A DNA stretch of 64,000 nucleotides from Raillietiella orientalis (lineage: Eukaryota). The notes below the pieces were generated by a model. The model was not told the DNA's origin and ran no database searches. It worked only from the letters and a program-made list of their open reading frames with translations. This document shows positions 1 through 11,905 of this stretch, piece by piece (the first letter of the stretch is position 1; every line of letters begins with the position of its first letter). Where the stretch lies: NCBI GenBank assembly GCA_036172245.1, contig JAYWIR010000001.1:4278001-4342000 (forward strand). Direction: 5' to 3'. The translations under genes were made by a program, and so were the position numbers.

Positions 1-3000
1 GTTCTCTTCCTGCCGCTGCGGATCATCACCTCCTGCCTGGAAGGCGAGGAGGAGCACTGCTAGAGTGCGGAGGCGGAGGGCTTCAAAGGACACCACCCGA
101 AGGGGGGTAGGGCACCGCTGCGACCCCACCTTCTCCTCGATATCCTCGGGTCGTCGCGCGCACGTGCGAGGTCCCTGGTCCTCCCGCCGTTGCCGTGGGA
201 GCGGAGGAACAGCCGCCAGAGGCGCCCGGCCACGAGGACCAGAGAGTCTTCGGCCCCTCTCTTGCCGCAGAGGGCAGTCCGGAGGTTGAGCAGCAGCAGG
301 TGAGAGAGGGCGCCGGCGACGCGCCGCTAAGCGCCCACCTGTGGCAAGTCCCGAGCTGCCACGGGCTCCTGGCGTCCCCCTAAGACCCTCCCAGCCCGCA
401 CGACTGACCCCTCGCCCCCGCAAGGTTCGAGCTGGCCCAGGTGGGCGAACACAAGGTGCGCCTGCGCGTGGAGCTTCTCTCTCCGCTGCCAGGGAACCGC
501 GCGCGCGCGCGCGCAACCCACAGCAGCGGTTGAGGTCGCCGCTCGACGGGGGGTTTCGAAGGCCACTGCGGCCGCTGCCGCCTCGATGGAGAGGACTGCA
601 GCCCGGGGCGACCGGACACTCCAGAGTCCGCGCGCGGCGTTTCGCCTGTCACCTTCCTCCTGGAGCACCCGGGGGAAGGGAGGTGACGTCGAACGCGCGC
701 GAGAGAGTGCCGGAGGCTGGCGGCTCGGCGGGAGTGGCGCGGGGAAAGTCGGGAGATCGAGGGGCAGGAGAGGGCGGTACTCACCGGAGGAGGCGACGAT
801 GTGCCCTCCAGCATCGTTTGGGCGGAATCCGCAGGCGAAGGTGGCGGGCGCTGCCCTTCCCGGAAGGCGGCGGGGTTGGGAGCGGTGGCGGGGCGGCGGG
901 AGTGGTGGAGGTGGTGGTATTGGTGATGATGGTGGTGGTGATGGTCCGCGGCGGTCTGGGTCGCGGGGTGTCCGCGCCGGTCGTTCGGCGGCTCACGCGC
1001 CTCCGCGAGCCACGCCGTCGATCCGCCGTTCCGCCATCGCACTGAGCGGACGGACGCTCCCCGCAGGCGCGATCCGAGCGAACCGCTCCCATTGGACGGC
1101 CGCTCGCCTGGTATGCGTGAGGCTGCGGCGCGGCGCCCGAGGCGAGAAAGCGGGCTAATTGCTTTGCCTGCGTCGCGGCGAGCAGAATAGGGCGGACGGG
1201 CGTGTGGCGGCGGCGGCAGGAGCGCTCCCGCCGCCACCACCTGCTGCTGCTGCTGCTGCCGCTTGCCGCCTCCCCGAGGGACGCCCGTCCGCTCCGGAAG
1301 GCGGCCCCTTCCCGCGGGAAGCGCGCGCTGCCGCCGTGGCAGCGGGGAGCGGGTCGCCCCCTTTTTGCGCCTCAGACAATCCGTCGGCTCCCGCGGATGG
1401 GGGCTGCTCCTAGCGGGCATCCCTGGCCGGACTCCCGGAAAGTGTAGGGGCGGCTGTTAGAAGGCCGCCACCCTCACTTGCTGCAGCGACCTCTGGGGCT
1501 CAGGAGACCGGTTTCCACGGGTGATGCGAGCGGATACCTCGTCGGACAGGGCCAGGTGACCCTGGGGAGAGAAGGCGCGGAGCGGAGCCGCCGCCGCCCG
1601 GAAGGAAGGACGGAAAGCGCCCTTTGGGCATCCAAGAGTCTCCGCCCGCCGTCGTCCCAGTGCTGGTGACCCGTCTAAAACGGACCAGTCGTGGAACGTC
1701 CTTCTTGCTCGATTCCAGCAGTCGGACCCCGAGGTTTGGCTGCCACGACTGCTGTGGGCGGAAGCTGCGCGCGCCTTTCGGGTTTTCCGGGGGTCCCGTG
1801 CGCCATTTCCCCGACGCCCCCGCCCGCCTCCTTGCGTTGCTTGAGGTTTCCGGGGATCACAGCCGCGATAGCCGCCTCCTCCCCACCTCCACCTTCCCCT
1901 CCCTCACAGCCAAAGAGCAGCCACCGCGGCTAAAAATGGCAGCAGAAAGGCCAAGGCTGCCAAGGGCGCAACGCCGTGCGTCTAGGAGGGTCGGCGCGCG
2001 TGCCACCAGACGAGTTGACGGGTGGGTTCCGCCGGTGGGACGTTCTGCCAGGAGAGTCTCTGCTCCCGGGAGAGGAAGGAAATCCCCATCCTGATGCCCC
2101 TACGAGCGGTCCATGGCACGCGGCGGCAGGAGGCCGAGGCGAGAGGATGGCTCCATCCCTTGCTGAACAATCCGGGAGGGTCGAGGCCGGAGCAGCAGGG
2201 AGGAACAGCCTGGGGTGCTGTCGCGCGATTGTCCTCTCTGGTGATCCGAGGAGGCGGGGGAGGAAGGCGATCCCTCAATCTCGTCGAGGGCTCCAAGTCG
2301 CAGGCCACCTGGACTCTGGAGCACCGGGGTGGCCTGCGCCTGGCGACCGTGCGCGGGCCCCGTCGCTTACCGGGGGAGGTCGTTCTTTTTCCGTAGCCTT
2401 GCCCACAAAATGGCCGCTTCCCGTCCGGAACGCCCATAGGGCTCGGTGAGCCGCCTGACCGTCGGTCACCGTCGACGTCCTTCCACCCGGTCGGGTCACA
2501 GCAGCCTCCCTCCCCCATGACCTGGAACGCACACGAGGCGTAGTCCGGTAGATCCGCACGGGGGAAACGAGCAGGACCTCTCTTGCAGGCTCTTCCAGGA
2601 CGTGTGAGACGGAAAATCGCTCGCCTCCTGATCCTGTATCCCTCCAAGGCGCGCTCTCCCCAGAGGCGTGGAGTCGCGCATGCGCGGCCCCTGGTTGTAG
2701 GCGAGCCTCCCGCAGTCGGAACCCGGCTCAGGAGGGGGCGATCTCGAGGTCTTCCGTCCCGCGTCTTCGCCCGCCACCGGGCAACCGGCAGCGGCGGCGG
2801 CCTCGGTCAGGATCCGGTCCGTCTCCCTCCCGCTTCAGGAGGTAGCAGCGAGGGAAGGAGGCTGCGCAGACCTCACGCCGGGTCAGTCTTGGGAGAGAAG
2901 GCTCCACGACAGGCTTGTCCGGCCTGCCCACGCCGCGACAGCTCACAGGGCCGCAGCGGCCCGGCCGCCTCCGGCCCTCCGCTCTTGGCGGCTTCCGTGA

Positions 3001-3160
3001 AATCCTCTGAAGCGACTGCTGCTTCAGGTCCGAAGGTGCTGGGCCCCCTCTCCCTCTTCTCCTTCCTCACCTATCTCAGAGGAAAAAGAAAGCCAGCGTG
3101 AGTTTCCAGCGTGCCTCCTAGAAACGGGTGCACCGCGCAGCTTCCCTCGCCAGCAGCAGC
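1..3160 (-). other. Putative multi-exon spliced transcript of unknown product (long spliced 5' UTR or low-complexity protein; runs off the left edge)
   Basis: Series of minus-strand splice signals with short introns: GTGAGG donor at 3070; GTAAGC donor/CAG acceptor (intron 2309-2370, 62 nt); 24-nt microexon 1561-1538; GTGAGT donor/CAG acceptor (intron 660-784); GTGGGG donor/CAG acceptor (intron 37-129). A (CAC)n tract near 905-945 reads as poly-His in ORF 380..1420. No recognisable domain and frame not resolved. A plus-strand reading of 1-530 with GC-AG introns is also possible. Confidence 0.3.
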
Positions 3161-3834
3161 CGGGAGGAAAGAGTAAAAGAATAAAATAAAATAAACCCAT
3201 CACGTAGAAGCAAAATGCTGATTTAATTACTACTAATTTGCTGATCGTCCGGAGGTCAGCTCGGCAGCTTCGACCTTTCTTGACTTTGCCCATAAATACA
3301 CGTCGCCGAAGAACCTAATTGAAAGGATGGCGTTTCCGCGTCCCGAGACGCATCCTCCAGGTGCGTTCTCACGGTCTCCTTCCGCCGCGCTGCTGCCCGT
3401 AGCAACGGACGTCGTCCGCCGCGCCACGCCCGCGCACCTGGCCGGGGTCCACCTGTCCGAGGGAGCTGCAGTGGGTGCTCCCAGCTCGCTCCTCCTCCGT
3501 CTGAAGGATCTCTCCGGCGACGCCGCGGGCGCGTCCGTTCGGTGCCGGAGCCCCTCTGCTCCGCCGGGAGCCCAGGAACCGAGGGACGGCTCTCCGCGCC
3601 CGAGAGCGCCACACGTCGGCTTCCCCTCCCGTGTCTCTGAGCGCGCCACCTGGGCGACGTGCCCGTCGCCGCTACGCCCTCCTCGGCGTTCCGGGGAGGA
3701 TGCCCAGCGGACCATCCCGAGGGCAACTGCACGCGAAGAGCGCCAAGAGTGGCGGCGCGTGGTCGCCGGGACCGACGGAGGGCCCCGTCACAGTCGTCGT
3801 CGTTGCGGATGCAAGGCGCCGTGTATCAGCTGGG

Positions 3835-3840
3835 TTTATT
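3835..3840 (-). terminator. Polyadenylation signal AATAAA of the GDPD gene
   Basis: TTTATT on + strand, just downstream of the TAA stop at 3854-3856 on the - strand. Confidence 0.6.
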
Positions 3841-3853
3841 GAGAAGATCCGCC

Positions 3854-4967
3854 TTACTCTACGGAGCTCGCCTGAACCCTGGACCTGCGCTCCTGACCGA
3901 TGTAATCGGACAGCAGCGTGGGGAAGTCGGTCATCACTCCCGTGGCGCCAGCTTGGAAGGCCTTCTCGAAGTCCTCCACGCGGTTCAGCACCCACACGTA
4001 CGTCTGGAAAGAGGCGAGGCGGATGACAGGCGCTCTCCGTTCCGGAGGGGAAAGGGAGGCGGACTCACGTGGATGTTCCGCTTCCAGAGGTGGGAGAAGA
4101 GGCTCTTCCTGAGGACGAGCTTGTCGGCGAGGAGCAGGAGCAGCGGATGGAGGCCTCCGCCCTGCTGACCCGTGAGCTTCGAACTGGAGGGGAGCGGATT
4201 TTAGTGGCCCCGGGGCAGCAGGAAGCGCGCGCCAACCCACCGTTGCAGGAAGGATGGGAAGCAGATCTCCAGGTGCCTTTCCTTGAAGGGGATGAAGGGC
4301 AACAAGCCGGTGTAGAACAGGATCAGCAGCCAGATGACCCTCTTCGCGGAGAAGAAGAGTCTGATCCGCGGGTTCTTAAGCACCGGTGTCAGAGCGGCAA
4401 GAAGGAGGTGGAGAGCGCGCCTACTTCCTTATAGCACTGCTGGTTGACCGATTCCTGGAAACTTCCCCAGATGGTCAGATTTTCCCTGTTGTACTCCTGG
4501 ATCAGCGAACTGGTGCTTTTGATCAGCTTCGGGTCGTCCCTTTTTATGTCGATGTTGATCGGCAAAGTGGGGTACCTTTCGAACAGTTCCCGGAGGCGGG
4601 GGATCCTGCGATCTTCGCTGCCGCTGCACGCCCGCCCTTGAAAGCGAAAGCGAAAGTGAGCGGGCGAAGAGGAAGAAGCCCTGGAAGGTGGGCGCGAGGG
4701 CTGCCCAACGCGAGGGAGGCACGGAAGTGCAACGACAGGAGCTGAGCAGAAAAGGCGGGGTGGTGGGCAGCGTGGCTTTGGATACCGTCGTCGGAGCAAC
4801 CGGGAAGGGTCGACTTCAGGGCCGGGAGGTCTCCGTAGTTCAGGTCCCTCACGTTCACGTCCACGCCAGTGAGGCGGTACAGGTTTTCGTCGTGGACCGC
4901 CACCACGACGCCATCCTTCGTCAAGTGGATGTCCGTTTCTATCAGGTCCGTTCCGCACTGCACCGCG
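3854..4967 (-). CDS. GDPD1: Glycerophosphodiester phosphodiesterase domain protein, GDPD1/GDPD3 (GDE4/GDE7) lysophospholipase D family; 5'-incomplete
   Basis: Exons 4967-4786, 4636-4425, 4374-4241, 4183-4069, 4003-3854, all GT-AG and frame-consistent. Spliced protein: [48 protein letters not shown]...[24 protein letters not shown]...[10 protein letters not shown]...[36 protein letters not shown]...[52 protein letters not shown]. This is collinear with GDPD1 as I recall it (ExD metal ligands, Vx[25 protein letters not shown]). Confidence 0.93.
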
Positions 4968-5689
4968 CTGGAAGACAAACCGCTCTAACAGGAAAAGGAC
5001 GGCGCCTTGGAGAGATTCGTTTTCGAAAAGATCAAAAGATGTTGCGGCGACAGCGGCGCGTCGTTCGGGGTCCTTTCGGACGAATATCGCTGCGAATGCT
5101 TTCAGGCGCCGAGTGGAAGATGCTGCACAAAAGAGTCTGCAAGTGCAGAGTTTATCTCGACTCACGCTTTCTCCGCGAAGAGAAAATTTAATTAACCGTG
5201 GGCTTTCCTTGGAGGAGTCACTGCATGTGATCCGAACGGGAGGATCATGAACGGATGAATTCTTATGAATTCAGTTTCGCAAGGAAAATGCAAATTAATT
5301 TCATTATCATCTCCCGTCATAAACTGCATGGCGAGGCAAGCTGTGAAGATCGAAATTCCAAAGATTGATTCCGAAGAACTGGAATCTTCGATATTCGCCG
5401 TTCCGGACGCTTCTTTAATGAAGTCTTTTAATTGAATAGCGACAGGCTGAGCATATTTCATTCGAAATTAGCGAACCTCCGATGAAGATGCACCTAGAAT
5501 TGCACCTCTTTTCAGATGCATCGCTGAGGAATCTCGAAAATTCTCGGGAAAAAAAATAAAAAAAAAAAACAGCGAAAAGGAAAGGAAGAGAGAAAGAGAA
5601 CAGGTCGGTTTCGAGTGCAGAGTCAGAGAATGAAGCATTCCCGTGCATACTGTGGTTATTTACCACTTTGCGCATGTGCTCCGAAACCG

Positions 5690-5693
<4 letters not shown>

Positions 5694-5723
<30 letters not shown>
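5694..5723. repeat. (CA)n microsatellite
   Basis: Uninterrupted CA run. Confidence 0.95.
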
Positions 5724-5727
<4 letters not shown>

Positions 5728-6110
5728 TGCTTGGAATTAGAGGTTTGGTCAGCGGAAGCGTCCGCTGCTCCTTGAAGCATGCAGCAGCGCGAAATACGGG
5801 AGCGGGGAAAGCAAAACGAAAGAATTTTGGTGACAAAGCAGATGTTGTGCATATCTAAAACCGAACTTCCTGTTTCCTCAGGAGCTCGGAAGGGAACGAG
5901 GCGGAGAAGAGCCGCTGGATCTCGCCTTCCAGCATCCAGCGGCAAGCGAAGGAGCCTTTTGCGCGTGCATCCTTAGCGTGTCAGCTGGACTTTGGAAAGG
6001 AAATTTGGAAGCCACCGGCGATCTCTATAATCTAACATTTGGCATCGACAGTACTGACTGCCAAAAAAAAAAAAGGAAAATGAAACGCGCCAAGCCTTCA
6101 GAACATCTTG

Positions 6111-6113
<3 letters not shown>

Positions 6114-6145
<32 letters not shown>
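6114..6145. repeat. (CA)n microsatellite
   Basis: Uninterrupted CA run. Confidence 0.95.
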
Positions 6146-6146
<1 letters not shown>

Positions 6147-8431
6147 CCCATACTCTTGGTAAATTTAAAAAAAAACACTAGCAATAAAAAGTCATGGATT
6201 TACTTACTTATCAAAAGCAGCAATCGTATTTTCTAATTTTTCACCTGATCCTAATTGAAAACCACAATTATTTCAGATTTGGTGAGATGATGTCTGAATT
6301 CAACGTTTGGAAGATTAGAAAAATTCAGTTTTCAATTTTTTCGGGGGGGGGGGGGGGGAGGGGAGAAAGAAAGAAAGAAACTGCATCGCAAATGGCCGGT
6401 TTCGGTCCAGACGGATGCTGGGGTATCAGAATCACACGCAAGATGAATCCGGCGTGATCGGAACACGGAAATTCGACCCGACGAGAACTCTCCGGGAAAA
6501 TCAATATACACATTTGCTTTCTCAAACACAAGTGTGAATTCGAGCACACTGCAAATTAGAACCGCACCGTGATCTAATGCAAAATTTATGTACTTTTAAT
6601 TAAAAGAAAATATTTTGTTTCAAGCGGAAGGGAAGGTCTGAAATCGATGGGAGAGATTTATAAAGCGTCCGTAATCGCACCTGGTACTACCGAACAGTTC
6701 TCAGGGAAGTGCAAATAGGAAAAATTAAGAAGCTCATCGATTCAGGTGACTCCTCGTCGGTACATAAAGAAATTGCAAATGACATTACTAAAATACATTA
6801 TAAATTACATTCCTAAAACATCAGTGGTGAAACGTACGTTTCACTTCGGGCTACGAAAAACGCAGCCATGCTCCAACTTTGGCACCCTCTTGAACACCGG
6901 AACACACCACAAACGAATGTACGTTTCCTGAGTCGGTACTCACCGACGGTAATCTAAGTTTCAGACACTGTACATTCTGAACTTCCAACACAGTATGCAT
7001 GCATACTTATTTATTTGCAGTGTTTGGTTTGCCCACTGAGACCACGTTCACGATGAGACATTTATGTGCGAAGTGACCTTCTCGGTTTTGGAACCATCCT
7101 TAGCTTTTCCATCGCGTCTTTTTCCAGACAAAGATTCTACTTGACGCAGGCCTAGGCAAAACTCTCCAGCGGGATGCTGGGATGCTGCAAACGGGGTGTT
7201 TCCGCTTCTTCACCGTGTTTTGAAGATTACTTTGCTTGTAGACTTTCAAATTCTCACTCCCTCTTATTTAACGCTCCTGAACAAAATAATATTCTCCTGA
7301 AGAAATCCATTCCACGTTGCCTTTTCTACGGCAGCAATTTGCACGAAGAGCTTTTTCCTTCTGCAAACAGGGAGCCCTGTCTTGCAAGCGAGCGCGCTCT
7401 TTGCGCCTGTGGAACCATTGTCTCCGTAGAAGAAAGAGAAAGCATCTGGCGACGAAGACTTCCCAATCCGACAACTTTTCCAACCAAAGCAAATTTCTGG
7501 ATTGCATCGGTCCTCGTCCGTGCTCTTCCGGCGAAACCCCAATTCATTTTGTGCTTCTGGCGACTGCTATGCTTCTTTCGAGAGACATCCTCCTCCCCCC
7601 CCCCTCTTCCCCGACGACGTACACGCGAACCTGAAGAGTTTCCACTAATCGCTTTGATTTGTCTTTCCGCCTTCAGCAATAAGCACACTTCGTTCTAATT
7701 TCATTCCCTCGGACCTCTGGTTCTGCCAAAGACAAAACCACACCAAATACGCCACTGAGGATGTACCGACATTTTCGAAACCACAGTTTCGGAATCTGTA
7801 CATGTCTGTACGTGAACGAACAGTGCCCATCCGTGTGTCCACTACGGGACTCGGAATGCTTGCTGACATCACCGTGCAAGTTGTTGCAACTGCCTTTTCT
7901 TCTTCTTTTCGTACGAGTTCTGTACAGCTCAACGGCATCCAAGCTGGTTCCGGGCTCTGAATCCAAAACTTTCCGTACCGCCGTCCCTCACGCACCATCA
8001 TCCAGAATTCCCGGATTTCAATGCCATCGACGTGCTATTTAGCATCCACATCGAAGAATGCTTGCGGACCAGAAAAGCAAAAAGAAAAAAAAGGTCGTAT
8101 GTATTCAGATTCCAGGAGCAAAAATACAATACAGTTTTTATTATGTTACCCTCCCCTCCCCCCTTTTTCTCTCTCTCTCTTTCCATTTTCCTTCTGTAAT
8201 CCAATCAAATTGCAATCGAATATTCTACCCAGGGAAAGAAGGGGGAAAAAATAAGGACCTGATGAAGGGCACTTTAACATATATTTTTGTATCACATTCT
8301 GATAATATGATTTATTCATCTCCTCCTAGATTGGACAAACATAAATGTGTCTCTGAGCTATTGTATTAAAATATTCGTGATTCCTAATAAGCTTGAAAGT
8401 GGATTGCAATTCTACATTATGCTCCCGTATG

Positions 8432-8464
<33 letters not shown>

Positions 8465-9149
8465 GGAAAAAAAAGATTCATCATGCAAAAGAAATTCTTA
8501 TTCCGTTATCTAAAAGAATTTTTCCTCTGAAGCAGCACTTGAGAAAAATCTATGCACAAATTTTAGACTGCATGCAAATTTTGTTTATAAAGTCTTATAC
8601 TCACCACCTCGATGACTAATGTGCACACATTTTGGAAATCCACAGACTTTTTCCTTCCATACTAAGGATGGAAATTTCAGTAAAGCAAAAGACACAGCAA
8701 AATACAATGATAAGAAAATGAAGAGGAGCATCATGGATAAAAATCCTCCATCCAACGAAAACTTTTATCGCGTGTTCTATGAAAAACAAAAAAAAACAAA
8801 GAAGTATTCATTTTTTTTTTCTGCAAAGAATTTATTAAAGATGGAATTTTTCAAACATCATTGCCCACAAAGTATGTGTCTCATCCTTGAACTTACAGCA
8901 TGTTAAAAATCGAGAACTTGAAACCGCCCGTCAATGTCACACATGCCACTTTACACACCTATGCATCTAAAAAAAAAAAAAAAAAGGAAAAAGAAAAAAA
9001 AACAGGCACATCTACTGTGGAACATGAAGAACAAGAGGTGAAGGAACGTGCTTGGCTGCAAGGATGACCGTCGAAAAACAACCATTCGAATCACTACCAA
9101 GGGCAACATTTCAAAAAAACAAAACGCATGCTTGTGGTCACAGGTCATG

Positions 9150-10730
9150 TGCCTTCGACGGCAAACATCCGGAGGTGCACGTTGGAAATGGGCTCGAAAA
9201 CCGTCTGAAAGTTGGAAGGGGGAGGGAGGAAGGAGGGGGGGGGGGGAAGGCCTTCCTGCAACCGTTTCAGGAACCACCTGGGAACTTGCACTCTCTCTCT
9301 GCACGTGCAACGAAGCAGCCCCCCCCCCCCACACCAAACCGCTGCTACCCGGGAATCGTTCCGTGCCCAAGAGGAGAAGAGGGGGAGCACCCCTGGAAAA
9401 CGCCGGAACCGGAAAGCAGCGCGCACAGAATCCACCAACAGACTGTCGTCGAGCAGCGTTCCATTGTTCCCACTCTTCGTGCTTCGTTCGCTTCAACACA
9501 TTCGCCATGGGTCCCAAACCACTGGGACGGGTATTTACTGCAATGTGGGTGATAACCGAATTAGGTCCCCACGCGCCCCATCCGTGGACGTGACGCAATT
9601 CGCGTGCCATATATGTGTGTGCTTATCCACTTTCCTGGGGAGAGAGGGAGGGGAAAAAATGGATCCGGTTTCGGTGTTCCGGGACACTTCTTTACAAGCG
9701 CGGTGTTTTTTTCCCTTGAAACATCCCATCGTGCGTGCGGGTTTGCTCGATTCCAAGCACTGCACCTCACCTGGCAACGAATTCCAACGAAATATTGAAA
9801 TTTTGCTACTGCGTGTGGCACTTATCAATTTTGCCACGGGCCTATTAATAAATCTTATCCTATGCAAACAAAACACGCAGCCCATATCAATGCCTCACAC
9901 ACACACACACACACCGCTGTATGGTCCCCATTAGGACGGGGGGGGGGTCAATGAAGGATTACAAGGAAAAACACAGAATAGCGCCTGGTTTGGGTCGAAA
10001 TGGAAACGAAATGACCCTATTATTCACGATATCGAGCCTATGGCAAGTATTTAAAATTCGTTTTGTCCTTGTTTTCATTTCAAATAGTCTGGTTCGCATG
10101 TATGTTCATAAAAGAAATGGGGGGATGGGGGGGGGGCGGAAGGGTTAATCCCATCTTAACCACAACCATCGCATATTTTAATGTCGCCATTATTTTTGCA
10201 CATCCATAGGATATCCTCCACGTAAGTTTTGAAAGGGGTGAGAAGAAAGCCTACGCAAGTGTGTTTTATAATTGCATATAAAACAGAGTACAAGCAATAA
10301 CTTTGCCACAAGAACAAACATATTCTCCAAGATTGCATTTGTATTTGATGCCATAGTTCGATGCTTATCTAACTATTTCATGAATGGTGAAATGAAATTA
10401 TTAATTTTTTTTGTCTCGAAAAGGAAAGAAATTGCAAACTGAAGATCAATTTGATTTCATCAATCAGTAAAATACCATTTTTTAAAAGCTGATCTTCTAT
10501 GAAAGCATTTTGGCTTGTTCCAGAGTTCGTCGCTACTGTAAGGAGGAAGGAAGGGGGTAAAATCACTTACATATTGCAAACATCAAAAGGATTTTTTCAG
10601 AGGATCTCCAGGAGCAGCCTCGACCATTAATCTATTTCAAGTTCACTCTTAGGCCAACTCGCAAATTCGGGGGAGCTAGTGCGATTCCATGCTACGGTGC
10701 TTTCATTTTTTTTTTTTCCATGGTGGGACG
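9150..10730 (-). ncRNA. Putative spliced transcript without recognisable ORF (lncRNA-like or lineage-specific gene)
   Basis: Donor GTAAGT at 10570; exon 9859-9771 (TAG acceptor, GTGAGG donor); CAG acceptor before 9537; strong polypyrimidine + CAG acceptor before 9204. Downstream sequence (about 5.2-9.1 kb) is U-rich on the - strand, like a 3' UTR. Confidence 0.3.
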
Positions 10731-10751
10731 ACATGTGTGCATACTCCGCGC

Positions 10752-10776
10752 ATTTATAAATACCGCGAGCTGACGT
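10752..10776. promoter_or_regulatory. Palindromic TATA box (ATTTATAAAT) with adjacent CRE-like TGACGT; candidate bidirectional promoter
   Basis: ATTTATAAAT at 10752-10761 reads TATAAAT on both strands and is flanked by CCGCG on each side. TGACGT at 10771-10776. Splice signals diverge from this point on both strands. Confidence 0.35.
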
Positions 10777-10950
10777 ACAAAATCTGGCACCCCTGAAATT
10801 CGAATGGTAGGATCGGACGTTGCGAATTCACGAATTCGCAAGCCTCCTGTGCTGGCCGATTCCATGAATCATCGATCACTCATTCTAACCAGCTTTCATT
10901 CTGATGCTCCGTTTAAACTTTTGAAGATGAGTAATGTGTGTTCCCATCAG

Positions 10951-11905
10951 GTCATCCGGATGACTTGCTTGAAAACTGCTATCGGAATTGCATTCTGAAT
11001 GCAGCCGCAGTCTGCTCTAGCAAACTTCACCCTAATCACGGATCTCAGTCGGTTGCATCCTTCAAAGCGCGTCCTTCCTCAACCTGGACGCGTTGGCAAA
11101 CAGATCCTCTTGGAGAGGTATGTTCATGGGATGCTGCACTATGCGGATATATCTTCGTTTCATGATTGGAATGTCTTCCGAAAGTTGGAAACTCGTCCAA
11201 CAGATTCCGAATTCGTGAGAAATGCACTCCTGTCGAAGATTCTCCCGGATTCTGTTTCCTTTTCGATAATGCTTTCTTTTTCTTCACTGCCTTGGACGAT
11301 TCAGTTACCATATTTGAATGGTCCATACCGTAGGAGACCTCGCATCAACTGAAAAATGACCTACAAAAGAATGCCCCTTCCATTTTGTTTTTTTCTTTTG
11401 CTTTCTTTTGGTCATGTGCAACGGAGTCCTTGATTTTTTTTTAATCTTTCATTAACACCCGGTGTCGAGAATGGTCGAGCTTCGAGGGATGCTCAGACTG
11501 AAGCTGCAACACGTCATCTGACTGCATTGATGCACAGCAATAAAACTCTTGAAACGAGCGGTCTTCTTGCAAATAAGCATTAAGGAGTACTGAAACAGCT
11601 GTAGGGCAGGAGTGCTGAGACAGACTCGATCAGGTCTTCCCTCAGAAATGACGCTCGCTACCTCTTGCTGAGTTTTTTTTTTTTAATTTGTCTGTGTGTT
11701 TCCGTATTTCTCTTGGCTTAGGTTCTGCACGTTCGAGAGCGAGTCGCCTACCACTAGCACCGCCGCACTGGAATGTGGGAACATCAGAATGCAGGTCTTC
11801 ATCTCTTCCCAAATCGTGTTCTTTTGTGCATCGTCCACACGTCTGCACAAAGATGACAGCTGCAGCTGCGTCGGCCCAAAAAAGAGTTGCGCAGTGCTGC
11901 CATGA
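10951..11905 (+). other. Putative plus-strand spliced exons (10951-11117; 11722-...) of an unidentified transcript
   Basis: TTCCCATCAG acceptor, GAG|GTATGT donor, polypyrimidine + TAG acceptor at 11721. The joined ORF of about 100 aa has no recognisable homology. Confidence 0.25.

Noticed and set aside
6560-6985. RNase P RNA-like signals: GGGAAGGTCTGA (6630) with complementary TTTCAGAC (6959) preceded by hairpin GTCGGT-ACTC-ACCGAC
   Set aside because: CR-V lacks the CUA end, CR-IV is absent, no convincing P1/P2/P3, and the interior is AT-rich and unstructured. An Infernal search with the nuclear RNase P model would settle it.
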